Assembly (NCBI GenBank): GCA_034522655.1
Contig: JAXHLD010000032.1
Span: 10,530-74,529, forward strand
DNA from: Burkholderiaceae bacterium
GTDB lineage: Bacteria > Pseudomonadota > Gammaproteobacteria > Burkholderiales > Burkholderiaceae_F
Length of the DNA stretch: 64,000 nt
Reading direction: 5' to 3'
Shown: in pieces, positions 1 through 8,613 of the stretch
How the letters are laid out: each line of letters begins with the position of its first letter
Numbering within the stretch: position 1 is the stretch's first letter
Program-made: the position numbers and the translations under genes
The notes under the pieces: model-generated
Told to the model about the DNA's origin: nothing
Databases searched by the model: none
Seen by the model: only the letters and a program-made list of their open reading frames with translations

Positions 1-561
1 GCCAGCGGCTTCGAGCGCGCCGGCATCGGCCAGTAGCTGCGTAGCCTGCGCCTCGGTCTTGCCCTGGATCCGGTAGCCGCCCAGCGCGTGCACCGACTGC
101 GGCGTCAGGCCCACGTGTGCGCAGACCGGGATGCCGCGCTCGACCAGGTAGGCGATGGTGGGCGCGATGAAGGCGCCGCCCTCGACCTTCACCATCTGCG
201 CGCCGGCCTGCATCAGCGTCACTGCGTTGGCCAGCGCCTGCTCGCGCGAGCCCTGGTAGCTGCCGAACGGCATGTCGGCGATCAACCACGCGCTGCGCAG
301 GCCGCGCGCCACGCACTGCGTGTGATACGCAACGTCGGCCACCGTTACCGGCAGCGTGCTGGCGTGCCCCTGCATCACCATGCCGAGCGAGTCGCCCACC
401 AGCACCGTGTCCACCCCGCAGTCGTCGAGCAGGCGCGCAAAGCTCGCGTCGTAGCAGGTCAGCATGGTGATCGGCTCGCCGCGCGCGCGCATGTCCATCA
501 GCGCGGGCAGGGTGACCGGCTTGCGGGCGGTGTTGGCTGGTTCGACGGGGTGGGTGCTCAT
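1..561 (-). CDS. panB: 3-methyl-2-oxobutanoate hydroxymethyltransferase (N-terminal 187 codons; the gene's 3' end runs off the window start)
   Basis: My own minus-strand translation from ATG (complement of 559-561) reads [62 protein letters not shown]...DMPFGSY...MVKVEGG...[15 protein letters not shown]. These are PanB hallmark blocks. It is absent from the ORF track because there is no stop inside the window. Confidence 0.9.
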   Translation of the reverse strand, partial: MSTHPVEPANTARKPVTLPALMDMRARGEPITMLTCYDASFARLLDDCGVDTVLVGDSLGMVMQGHASTLPVTVADVAYHTQCVARGLRSAWLIADMPFGSYQGSREQALANAVTLMQAGAQMVKVEGGAFIAPTIAYLVERGIPVCAHVGLTPQSVHALGGYRIQGKTEAQATQLLADAGALEAAG

Positions 562-634
562 GGGTCAGGCTCGCAGGCGCATTGGCGCAGTGTGCCGGGG
601 CGGCGGGATTCGGGGCGGTGCCATCGAGGGGCGC

Positions 635-1291
635 TCAGGCCAGGTTGAAGTATTCGCGACGCCCACGCATCTTCTCAATACGGGTCAGCAATAGGTCGAA
701 GTCCGCCTCGCGCTCGATCGGGTTCAGGTGCTCGGTGCTGACCACCAGCAGCGGCGCGCCGTCGTAGTCGTGGAAAAAGCGCACGTAGGCGTCGTGCAGC
801 GCGCGCAGGTAGGCCTCGCTGATGCCGGCCTCGGCTGACAGCGCGCGCCGTCCCACGCGCTCGATCAGCGTCTCCGGCGGCGCCTGCAGGTAGATCACCA
901 GGTCCGGCGCCGGCGCCTGCGGCGCCAGGTGGGCGTGCAACTGCTCGTAGAGCTTCAACTCGTCCGGCGCCAGGTTCAGGCGCGCGAACAGCGCGTCCTT
1001 GTCGAGCAGGAAGTCGCCCACCACCAGCGATTCGAAAAGGTCCTGCTGTGCCAGGTCGCGCAACTGCTGCACGCGCTGGAACAGGAAGAAGATCTGCGTC
1101 GGCAGCGCGTAGCGGGCGCTATCGCGGTAGAAGCGCTCGAGAAAAGGATTGTCCTCGGCCCGCTCTAGCAGCAGGCGTGCGCCGGTGCGCGCGCCGAGCT
1201 TGCGCGCGAGCGAGGTCTTGCCGACGCCGATCGGCCCTTCGATCACCACGTGGCGCAGATGGACCGGCAGGCCGGCCGCGGCGACGTTCAT
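635..1291 (-). CDS. deoxynucleoside kinase family protein
   Basis: This is the tail of ORF 635..1534. It has the P-loop IEGPIGVGKTSLARKL, then NPFLERFY and the dNK-like ERVGRR block. The start was chosen at MNVAAAG (ATG at 1291), which overlaps the upstream stop as ATGA. Confidence 0.8.
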   Translation of the reverse strand: MNVAAAGLPVHLRHVVIEGPIGVGKTSLARKLGARTGARLLLERAEDNPFLERFYRDSARYALPTQIFFLFQRVQQLRDLAQQDLFESLVVGDFLLDKDALFARLNLAPDELKLYEQLHAHLAPQAPAPDLVIYLQAPPETLIERVGRRALSAEAGISEAYLRALHDAYVRFFHDYDGAPLLVVSTEHLNPIEREADFDLLLTRIEKMRGRREYFNLA

Positions 1292-1632
1292 GCCGAGCGG
1301 AAGATGAAATACACCGCACCCACCAGGCACAGCGCAGCCCACAGGTAGTCGAGCTTGAGCGGTTCGCGCATGTAGAGCACCGCGAACGGCACGAACACCG
1401 ACAGCGTGATCACTTCCTGCAGGATCTTCAGCTGCCCGAGCGAGTATGTGGTGTAGCCGATGCGGTTGGCCGGCACCTGCAGCAGGTACTCGAACAGCGC
1501 GATGCCCCATGAGACGAACGCGGCGATCCACCACGGCTTGCTCTGCAGGTCGCGCAGGTGCGCGTAATGGGTCAAGGTCATGAAGATGTTGGAGGCGACC
1601 AGCAGCAGCGTGGTCTGGGCAAGGATCGGCAT
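1288..1632 (-). CDS. small DMT-superfamily membrane protein (DUF486-like)
   Basis: A 114-aa ORF with four hydrophobic segments (MPILAQTTLLLVASNIFMT...LVGAVYFIF). It is coupled to the downstream kinase by an ATGA overlap. Confidence 0.7.
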   Translation of the reverse strand: MPILAQTTLLLVASNIFMTLTHYAHLRDLQSKPWWIAAFVSWGIALFEYLLQVPANRIGYTTYSLGQLKILQEVITLSVFVPFAVLYMREPLKLDYLWAALCLVGAVYFIFRSA

Positions 1633-1687
1633 GGCCAGGAAACGCGGAAGGCGGGATCAGGGCCGGTCCGGCGCACGCAGCGCGCGC

Positions 1688-2191
1688 TCAGCCGGTCGGG
1701 GTGTCGAGGCGCTCGATGCGCTGGTCGGTCACCGCATCGAGAAAGCGGTCGAGCCGGCCCAGCGCGGGCGCCTTCAGTTCCGGGTCGAGATCGAGCAGCG
1801 GCCGCAGCACGAACGCGCGCTGGTGCAGCCGCGGGTGCGGCAGCGTCAGCGGCGTGCTGCGCAGGATCAGGCTGCCCACCAGCAGCAGGTCGAGGTCGGC
1901 CTTGCGCGAGACATTGCGCTTCTCGCCGCCCAGGCGGCGCTTGCGACCGAGCATCAGCTCGATGTCCTGCAGGTGCAGTAGCAGGCCATAGGGTTCGAGC
2001 TCGGTGTCCAGGCTCGCCACGGCGTTGACGAAGTCGGGGCCATCGCAGTCGATCGGCGCGCTGCGGTAGAAGGGCGAGACGCCGACCAGCTCGCAGCGCT
2101 CGACCGATTTCAAGGCATCGAGCGCGGCGTGCAGGGTCTCCTCGGGTTCACCCAGATTGGCCCCCAGCCCGATGTAGGCGCGGCGCATCAT
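1688..2191 (-). CDS. folK: 2-amino-4-hydroxy-6-hydroxymethyldihydropteridine diphosphokinase
   Basis: C-terminal 167 aa of ORF 1688..3451: MMRRAYIGLGANLGEPEETL...SPFYRSAPI...DLDLLL...LTLPHPRLHQRAFVLRPLLDL, which matches the FolK signature. The ATG at 2191 overlaps the pcnB stop. Confidence 0.9.
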   Translation of the reverse strand: MMRRAYIGLGANLGEPEETLHAALDALKSVERCELVGVSPFYRSAPIDCDGPDFVNAVASLDTELEPYGLLLHLQDIELMLGRKRRLGGEKRNVSRKADLDLLLVGSLILRSTPLTLPHPRLHQRAFVLRPLLDLDPELKAPALGRLDRFLDAVTDQRIERLDTPTG

Positions 2192-3585
2192 GCGGCGTCT
2201 CCGTGCGGTGTCGACGCGCGCTCGCCGGCGTCGCCGCCGCCGTCGTTGGCGCCGCCCTTGCCGCCGCCCCGGCGGCGTCGCCGCCGGCGCGGACCGGCGG
2301 CCGCTTCGCTGCGCCCGAGGCCGGCGACCAGTTGTTCGCGCGTGTCGGCGTCGGCATGCATGAAGTTCGTCCACCATTCGCCGAGCTCGGCCGGCGCTTC
2401 GTCCGCCGCGCAGCGCAGCAGCAGGAAGTCGTAGCCGGCGCGCAGGCGCAGGTGCTCGACCAGCTTGAAGGCGTTGCGGCCGGTACGGCGCTCCAGCCGC
2501 GGCTGCAGCATCCAGATCTCGCGCATGTCGGAGGTATAGCGGCGCTGGATGGCGAGCTTCTCGGTCTGCAGGTCGAGCACGTCGTCGATCGCCGCATCCA
2601 GCGCGGGGATGCGATGCTCGCCGCGCGCCTCGCGCTCCTTGTAGCGCTTGAGCACCTCGTGCCAGAGCAGGGTGGCGAACAGGAAGCCCGGCGCGATGTG
2701 CTTGCCGGCGCGTACCCGCTCGTCGGTGCGCGACAGCGCCAGCATGACGAAGCGCTCGCCCTCCGGCTGCTCGAGGATCACGTCGAGGAACGGCAGCACG
2801 CCGTGGTGCAGGCCCTCGGCGCGCAGGCGCGTGATGCAGGCCACCGAGTGACCGCTCATCAAGAGCTTGAGCATCTCGTCGAAGACGCGTGCGGCCGGCA
2901 CGTTCTCCAGCAGGGCCGCCATCTCGCGGATCGGCACGCGCGTGGCTTCGTCGATCTCGAAGCCCAGCTTGGCGGCAAAGCGCACCGCGCGCAGCATGCG
3001 CACCGGGTCCTCGCGGTAGCGGGTGGCGGGATCGCCGATCATGCGCAGCCGCTTGCGCCGGATGTCTTTCACGCCGTCGTGGTAGTCGAGCACCGTCTGC
3101 GTGACCGGGTCGTAGTACAGCGCGTTGATCGTGAAGTCGCGCCGCGCCGCGTCCTCGTGCTGCGGGCCATAGAGGTTGTCGGACAGCACGCGGCCGTGCT
3201 CGTCGGTCTGGCGGTCCGGGTTCTCCAGCGCGCGGTAGGTGGAGACCTCGATCGTCTCCTGCCCGAACATCACGTGCACCAGGCGGAAGCGGCGGCCGAT
3301 GATGATCGCGCGCCGGGAGTGCGACTTCACCTGTTCGGGCGTGGCGTCGGTGGCGACGTCGAAGTCCTTCGGCGCCACGCCCAGCAGCAGGTCGCGCACC
3401 GCGCCGCCGACGATGAACGCCTGGTGGCCGGCCTTCTGCAGCGTCTCGCACACGCGCTGTGCATTGCGCGGCACCAGGGCCGGGTTGATCCCGTGCTCGG
3501 CCGCCGCCAGCCGCTTGGGCTCCTTGCGCAGCCGCGGCTTGCGCGTGAAGAGCGTCTGAACTTTCTCGACGAATCGCTTGATCAT
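2188..3585 (-). CDS. pcnB: poly(A) polymerase I
   Basis: ORF 2188..3786, with the start taken at MIKRFVEK (ATG 3585). Motifs GGAVRDLLLG, DFDVAT, RRDFTINALYYD and RAVRFAAKLGF are present, plus a basic Arg/Gly-rich tail. Confidence 0.9.
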   Translation of the reverse strand: MIKRFVEKVQTLFTRKPRLRKEPKRLAAAEHGINPALVPRNAQRVCETLQKAGHQAFIVGGAVRDLLLGVAPKDFDVATDATPEQVKSHSRRAIIIGRRFRLVHVMFGQETIEVSTYRALENPDRQTDEHGRVLSDNLYGPQHEDAARRDFTINALYYDPVTQTVLDYHDGVKDIRRKRLRMIGDPATRYREDPVRMLRAVRFAAKLGFEIDEATRVPIREMAALLENVPAARVFDEMLKLLMSGHSVACITRLRAEGLHHGVLPFLDVILEQPEGERFVMLALSRTDERVRAGKHIAPGFLFATLLWHEVLKRYKEREARGEHRIPALDAAIDDVLDLQTEKLAIQRRYTSDMREIWMLQPRLERRTGRNAFKLVEHLRLRAGYDFLLLRCAADEAPAELGEWWTNFMHADADTREQLVAGLGRSEAAAGPRRRRRRRGGGKGGANDGGGDAGERASTPHGDAA

Positions 3586-3611
3586 CTTTCGACCATGATC
3601 AAGCCGCCGGT

Positions 3612-3683
3612 GTCGTCCCCGCGGAAGCGGGGACCCAGCGCATGTGGGAGTGCTGCTGGATTCCCGCTTGCGCGGGAATGACA
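3612..3683. repeat. pair of REP-like palindromic units in inverted orientation (BIME-like)
   Basis: Unit 1 (3612-3638) is gtcgtCCCCGCggaaGCGGGGacccag. The reverse complement of unit 2 (3656-3683) is tgtcatTCCCGCgcaaGCGGGAatccag. Each unit forms a 7-8 bp hairpin. The pair lies in the pcnB/HAD spacer. Confidence 0.75.
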
Positions 3684-3709
3684 CATCGCTGGCAAAGCCC
3701 GCGCGCTCG

Positions 3710-4399
3710 TCATGCCGCCGCCACCAGGTCGAACAGTTCCATCGTCTGCCAGCCCCGCTCCGCGGCAATGGATTTGAGCTTCGCATCGCCGTTGGTCACG
3801 ATCGGGCGCTTGACGCGTTCGAGCAGCGGCAGGTCGTTGATCGAGTCGCTGAAGAACACGCTGTCCTCGAGCTTGTCGAGCGTGGTGCCGTGCTGCGCGA
3901 GGAAGGCCTCGGTCGCGCGCACCTTGCCTTCCTGGTAGGTGTGCGGCGGCAGGTAGCGGCCGGTGAAGCGGCCGTCCTTCTCCTCCGGCTGCACGGCGAT
4001 CAGGTGCTCGACGCCGAACAGGGCGGCGATTGGGCGCGTGATGAAGCTGTGGGTGCCGGTGACGATGGCCACCGTGAAGCCGTCGCTGCGGTGCTTTTCC
4101 ACCAGCGTCTGCGACTCGAAGCGCATCTGCGGGAAAACCTGAGCGCGCAGGAAGGCGGCGCGCCACAATTCGAGCTGGTCGCGCGGGAAGCGCGCCAGCA
4201 GGCCCATCTGGAACGACAGATAGCCCTCGACGTCAAAGCGGCCGGCCCGGTAGTCGGCGCCGAAGCGGCGGATCTCGTCGCCGTAGTGCGCAGCGTCGAG
4301 GCCGGCGGCCTGGACCACGAAATGCGACCAGCCATCGGCGCTGTCGATCGGCAACAGCGTGTGGTCGAGGTCGAACAGGGCGAGGTGCGTGATTGTCAT
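3710..4399 (-). CDS. HAD-IB family hydrolase (phosphoserine phosphatase-like)
   Basis: ORF 3710..4450 has the DLDHTLL motif I, IVTGT, and GKV...FFSDSINDLPLL. The start was chosen at MTITH (ATG 4399), which is preceded by GGAGAC. Confidence 0.8.
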   Translation of the reverse strand: MTITHLALFDLDHTLLPIDSADGWSHFVVQAAGLDAAHYGDEIRRFGADYRAGRFDVEGYLSFQMGLLARFPRDQLELWRAAFLRAQVFPQMRFESQTLVEKHRSDGFTVAIVTGTHSFITRPIAALFGVEHLIAVQPEEKDGRFTGRYLPPHTYQEGKVRATEAFLAQHGTTLDKLEDSVFFSDSINDLPLLERVKRPIVTNGDAKLKSIAAERGWQTMELFDLVAAA

Positions 4400-4477
4400 C
4401 GTCTCCATTCTACGGACTGGCCATGACTGCACCCGGCCGGACCGAGACACGCCACCGGCCGGCCGCCGCGGCCGGAC

Positions 4478-5104
4478 TCAGGGTCCGCCTGGAGGGCTGG
4501 CCGCAGCGCTCGTCGACAGCTGCAACCACTCGCGCAGCAGGCCGGGCGTCAGCGGGCGCTTGCGGGCCAGCGCGTAAGCGTCCAGCGCCTCGACGGCGGC
4601 GACCAGCGTGCGCATGTCGCGCGGCAGCCGCGCCAGCAGGGTGGTCAGCACGTCGTCAGGCAGCGCCAGGCCCGTGGCTGCGGCGTGCGTGCGCAGCGCC
4701 GCGGCCTTCTCGTCGTCGCTCAGCGGGTGGAGCTGGTAGACGAGGCCCCAGGCGAGGCGCGTGCGCAGGTCGTCGCGCAGCGCCAGCTTCGAAGGCGGCT
4801 GCGGGCCGGTCACCAGGCAGGCGGCATCGGCCTGCGCGCGCACGGCATTGAGCCGGTTGAACAGCGCGATCTGGGCCGCGGCGTCGAGGGCATCGACATC
4901 ATCGACGAGCGCGAGGCCGGGCTGCTCCGGCGCCGTCGCCGCCGTCCACTCAATGCCGCTCCCGGCCGCGGCCAGGGCGGCCAGCAGATGTGTGCGGCCG
5001 CTCCCCGCCTCGCCCCACAGATACACGATGCGCGCGGGCGCGTGCTCGACGCCGCGCGCCAGTCGCAGCAGCACGTCCAGTGCCTCGGCGTTGCGGCCGG
5101 GCAC
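4478..5104 (-). CDS. hda: DnaA regulatory inactivator Hda (start codon unresolved)
   Basis: LWGEAGSGRTHLLAA (Walker A), LALVDDVDAL, and the RLAWGLVYQL/PLSDDEK box. The first in-frame start-like codon is the GTG at 5104. However, Hda-like N-terminal sequence (QLALDLLQPLQPTLANF) continues upstream in frame to about 5150 with no ATG/GTG/TTG. Confidence 0.8.
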   Translation of the reverse strand: MPGRNAEALDVLLRLARGVEHAPARIVYLWGEAGSGRTHLLAALAAAGSGIEWTAATAPEQPGLALVDDVDALDAAAQIALFNRLNAVRAQADAACLVTGPQPPSKLALRDDLRTRLAWGLVYQLHPLSDDEKAAALRTHAAATGLALPDDVLTTLLARLPRDMRTLVAAVEALDAYALARKRPLTPGLLREWLQLSTSAAASPPGGP

Positions 5105-5163
5105 GAAGTTCGCCAGCGTCGGCTGCAGCGGTTGCAGCAGATCGAGCGCGAGCTGGGGGACGG

Positions 5164-5336
5164 GGGATTCGGGATTCAGGATTCGGGACTTCGGGAAGGG
5201 CGCTGCAGGGGCGACGCCTAGAATGCGGCCCTCGTGTCGTCATGCGACGACGGGCGACACTGAGTTTAGTGGCGCCGCGCCGGCACCCGCTGCGCGTGGC
5301 GGCTTCCCGAATCCTCAATCCCGAATCCCGACTCCC
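5164..5336. repeat. inverted pair of degenerate GGGATTC/GAATCCC heptamer arrays flanking a ~100-bp core
   Basis: Left arm 5164-5198: gggattc gggattc aggattc gggactt cgggaag. Right arm 5303-5336: cttcccgaatcctcaatcccgaatcccgactccc. The arms are near reverse complements. The core contains a tagaat -10-like hexamer. Confidence 0.85.
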
Positions 5337-6431
5337 GTGGACTACAAGCAAGCCGGCGTCGACTACGCCAAGATCGATCCGCTGAAGATCCTCGCCCAGC
5401 AGGCGGCGGCCTCGACCGCCGGCAACCTGGCGCGGCACGGGCTGACGGAGATCGCGGCCTCGCGCGGCGAATCGGCCTACGTGGTCGACTGCGGCGAGTT
5501 CTACCTGGCCTCGATCACCGAGTGCCTCGGCACCAAGGCGTTGGTGGCCGACGCGACGCGCGCGATCACCGGCAAGACCTACTACGACCAGATCGCGCAG
5601 GACACGATCGCGATGGCGATCAACGACCTGATCACGGTCGGCGCCACGCCGGTGTCGGTGCACGCCTACTGGGCCACCGGCGGCAGCGACTGGTTCGACG
5701 ACGCCGAGCGCGCGCGCGACCTGGTGGCCGGCTGGAAGGCCGCCTGCGACACCTGCGGCGTGGCCTGGGGCGGCGGCGAGACGCCGGCGCTGGCGGGCGT
5801 GGTCGCGCCGGATCGCATCGATCTGGCCGCCTCCTGCGTAGGGCTGGTGCGGCCCAAGTCGCGGCTGACGCTGGGCGAGAAGCTCGCAGCGGGCGATGCG
5901 ATCGTGCTGCTCGCCTCCAGCGGCATCCACGCCAACGGTGTCTCGCTGGCGCGCAAGCTGGCCGAGAAGATCGAGGGCGGCTACGGCGCGCGTTTGGAAG
6001 ACGGATCGCTGTACGGCGAGGCGCTGCTCGCACCCACCGTGCTCTATTCGCCCGTGAGCGAGGCACTGGCCGCCGCCGGCATCGTGCCGCACTACGCGGC
6101 CAACGTGACCGGCCATGGCTGGCGCAAGCTGATGCGGCATCCGGGGTCGTTCACCTACCGCTTCCACGCGCTGCCGCCGGTGCCGCCGGTGCTGCGCTTC
6201 ATCCAGCGCCATGCGGGCATCGATGATCGCGAGGCCTACGGCAACCTCAACATGGGCGCCGGCTTCGCGCTGTACGTCGCGGCCGGCGACGCCGAGCGCT
6301 CGGTGGCGATCGCGCGCCAGCAGGGCGTGGGGGCCTGGATCGCCGGCCGCGTCGAGGCCGGTCCGAGGCAGGTGGTGATCGAGCCGCTCGGGCTCACTTT
6401 CGCCGGCGACGACCTGCACGTGCGGGCGTGA
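5337..6431 (+). CDS. AIR synthase-related (PurM-like) protein, non-canonical N-terminus
   Basis: In-frame tail of ORF 4761..6431 starting at GTG 5337: VDYKQAGVDY...IAMAINDLITVGATP...WGGGETP...SSGIHANGVSLARK...NVTGHGWRKL...NMGAGFALYV, which fits a PurM/AIRS N- and C-domain pattern. The start is uncertain because there is no obvious SD. Confidence 0.65.
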   Translation: MDYKQAGVDYAKIDPLKILAQQAAASTAGNLARHGLTEIAASRGESAYVVDCGEFYLASITECLGTKALVADATRAITGKTYYDQIAQDTIAMAINDLITVGATPVSVHAYWATGGSDWFDDAERARDLVAGWKAACDTCGVAWGGGETPALAGVVAPDRIDLAASCVGLVRPKSRLTLGEKLAAGDAIVLLASSGIHANGVSLARKLAEKIEGGYGARLEDGSLYGEALLAPTVLYSPVSEALAAAGIVPHYAANVTGHGWRKLMRHPGSFTYRFHALPPVPPVLRFIQRHAGIDDREAYGNLNMGAGFALYVAAGDAERSVAIARQQGVGAWIAGRVEAGPRQVVIEPLGLTFAGDDLHVRA

Positions 6432-6445
6432 GTCGACGCCGGCAG

Positions 6446-7384
6446 TCAGCCGGCCCTCAGTGCGGCGCGACATGCCGTGGGTGCCTCCGCCACGAATGGG
6501 TCGATTCGCAGCGCCGACTGCATCGATCGCAGCCACGTGATCTGCCGCTTCGCCAACTGCCTCGTCGCTGCAATACCGAGCGAGCGGAACTCATCGAACG
6601 TCGTCTCGCCCAGAATATGCCGCCACGCCTGCCGGTAGCCCACGCTGCGTAACGCCGGCAGGTCGGGGTCGAGGTCGCCTCTGGCCATCAGGGCACGCAC
6701 TTCGTCGAGGAAGCCGGCGGCGAGCATCGCGTCGAAGCGCTGTTCGATGCGCCGATGCAGTTCGGCACGGTCCTCGGGCAGCAGCGCGATCGTCGCAAGT
6801 TGCAGTGGGGGCTTCTGCGGTGCGCTCTGCAACTGCGACAACGGTACCCCCGTCAGCTCGATTACTTCGAGCGCACGCTGGATGCGTTGGCTGTCGTTGG
6901 GCGGAAGGCGGGCGGCGGTGGCGGGGTCGAGCCGCGCCAGCGCGGCGTGCAGCGCCGGCCAGCCGCGTTCCTGCGCGCGCGCCTCGATGCGCGCACGCAC
7001 CTCAGCGTCGGCGGACGGGAGGCTGCTCAGTCCTTCGCGCAGCGCCTTCGCGTAGAGCATGGTGCCGCCGACCACCAGCGGCAGCCTGCCGCGCGCATTG
7101 ATCTCGCCGATCACGCGCACCGCGTCGCGCACGAACTCGGCCGCCGAGTAGGGCTCGGACGGTTCGCGTAGGTCGAGCAAGTGGTGCGGCACTTCGGCGC
7201 GCTCGGCCGCGCTCGGCTTGGCGGTGCCGATGTCCATGCCGCGGTAGACCTGCGCGCTGTCGATCGAGACGATCTCCAGCGGGATCTCACGGGCGAGTTG
7301 CATCGCCAGCGCGCTCTTGCCGCAGGCGGTGGGGCCGAGCAGCAGCACGGCGTCGACGCGGCGCTCGCCCATCGAGTTAACCAT
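6446..7384 (-). CDS. miaA: tRNA dimethylallyltransferase
   Basis: 312-aa ORF with [42 protein letters not shown] and AKRQITW. Confidence 0.92.
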   Translation of the reverse strand: MVNSMGERRVDAVLLLGPTACGKSALAMQLAREIPLEIVSIDSAQVYRGMDIGTAKPSAAERAEVPHHLLDLREPSEPYSAAEFVRDAVRVIGEINARGRLPLVVGGTMLYAKALREGLSSLPSADAEVRARIEARAQERGWPALHAALARLDPATAARLPPNDSQRIQRALEVIELTGVPLSQLQSAPQKPPLQLATIALLPEDRAELHRRIEQRFDAMLAAGFLDEVRALMARGDLDPDLPALRSVGYRQAWRHILGETTFDEFRSLGIAATRQLAKRQITWLRSMQSALRIDPFVAEAPTACRAALRAG

Positions 7385-8606
7385 GCTGGCTGACGTCGCC
7401 GTCGTGCCGCACGAGCGTGACGGCGATCAGCAGCGAGGTGAAGCCGAAGGCAGCGATGGTCAGCGTCAGCGGATACACGGTGCCGTTGAAGCTGGCACCG
7501 AGCCAGGCGCCGACCCCCGTGGCCACGCCCATCATCAGGAAACCCATCAGCGCGGCGGCAGCACCCGCCGCATGCGGGAACGGTGCCACCGCGCCGGACT
7601 GCGCCGGCATCTGCACCATCGCGTGCGAGATGCCGACGAAGAACATCGGCAGCACGATCGCCAGCGCATGGTGCACGCCGGAGAGCGCGAGCAGCGCCAT
7701 CGTGCCGGCGGCGAGTGCCTGCAGCCAGGCGCCGGCGGTCAGCGTGCGCTGCAGGCCGCGCCGGCCGACCTGCCTTCGGCAGAACAGCGTGCCGACCAGG
7801 TAGCCGGCGACCATCGTGCTGAACGAGAACCCGTAAGCGGTGACCGATAGTCCCAGCACGCGGATCAGCACAAACGACGAGCCGGCGATGAAGGCGAACA
7901 GCGCCCCATAGGTGGAGGCGGCCGCCGCCGCATAGGCGCGAAAGGCGGGCGAGCGCAGCACCTCGGCGTAGGTGCGCAGCATCGGTCCCGGTTGCAGCGC
8001 GCGCGGGCTGCGCTCGCGGATCGTCTCGCGCAGCCGCGTGGCGGCGATCACGGTCAGCGCGAGTGCAAAGCTGCCGAGCGCGGCGAAGGCCGAGCGCCAG
8101 CCGAAGGCCTCGAACAGCGCGGCGCCGACGATCGGCCCGAGCAGCGGCGCGATGCTCATGATCGTGGCCGCGCCGGCCAGCATGCGCGCGCCCTCGGTCG
8201 GCGCGTACAGATCGCGCACCAGGCCGCGTGCGCCGACCAGCGCGCTGCAGGCGCCGATGGCCTGCAGCAGCCGCCCGCCGATCAGCACCTCGATCGTCGG
8301 CGCCACGAAGCACAGCGCGCTCGCCAGGCCGTACGTGACGATGCCGCCGAGGATGACCGGTTGGCGGCCGAAGCGATCCGCCAGCGGGCCGGCCACGAGC
8401 TGCCAGCTGCCGAAGGCGGCGACGAAGATCGACAGCGTCCACTGCACCGAGGCCACCGGTGCGTGGAATGCGGCGGCGATGCCCGGCAGCGTGGGCAGGT
8501 AGAGATCGGTGCCAAGCGGCTGCAGCATCGACAGGAGTGCGACAAGCCAGACCACCGTGGCGGCCGACATGCCGGCGGCCGCCAGGCGCGCGGCGGAGGA
8601 CGTCAT
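7377..8606 (-). CDS. MFS transporter, Bcr/CflA drug-resistance subfamily
   Basis: 409-aa ORF with 12 predicted TM segments. The motif [12 protein letters not shown] follows TM2, and the N-terminus [14 protein letters not shown] is typical of Bcr/CflA. Confidence 0.8.
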   Translation of the reverse strand: MTSSAARLAAAGMSAATVVWLVALLSMLQPLGTDLYLPTLPGIAAAFHAPVASVQWTLSIFVAAFGSWQLVAGPLADRFGRQPVILGGIVTYGLASALCFVAPTIEVLIGGRLLQAIGACSALVGARGLVRDLYAPTEGARMLAGAATIMSIAPLLGPIVGAALFEAFGWRSAFAALGSFALALTVIAATRLRETIRERSPRALQPGPMLRTYAEVLRSPAFRAYAAAAASTYGALFAFIAGSSFVLIRVLGLSVTAYGFSFSTMVAGYLVGTLFCRRQVGRRGLQRTLTAGAWLQALAAGTMALLALSGVHHALAIVLPMFFVGISHAMVQMPAQSGAVAPFPHAAGAAAALMGFLMMGVATGVGAWLGASFNGTVYPLTLTIAAFGFTSLLIAVTLVRHDGDVSQHG

Positions 8607-8613
8607 GCCGCGC

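Noticed and set aside
5222-5336. An upstream ATG that would extend the purM-like protein by 38 aa (MRPSCRHATTGDTEFSG...FPNPQSRIPTP).
   Set aside because: The extension is translated from the heptamer array and spacer, has no PurM-like sequence and lacks an SD. It is kept only as an alternative in case the GTG is wrong.
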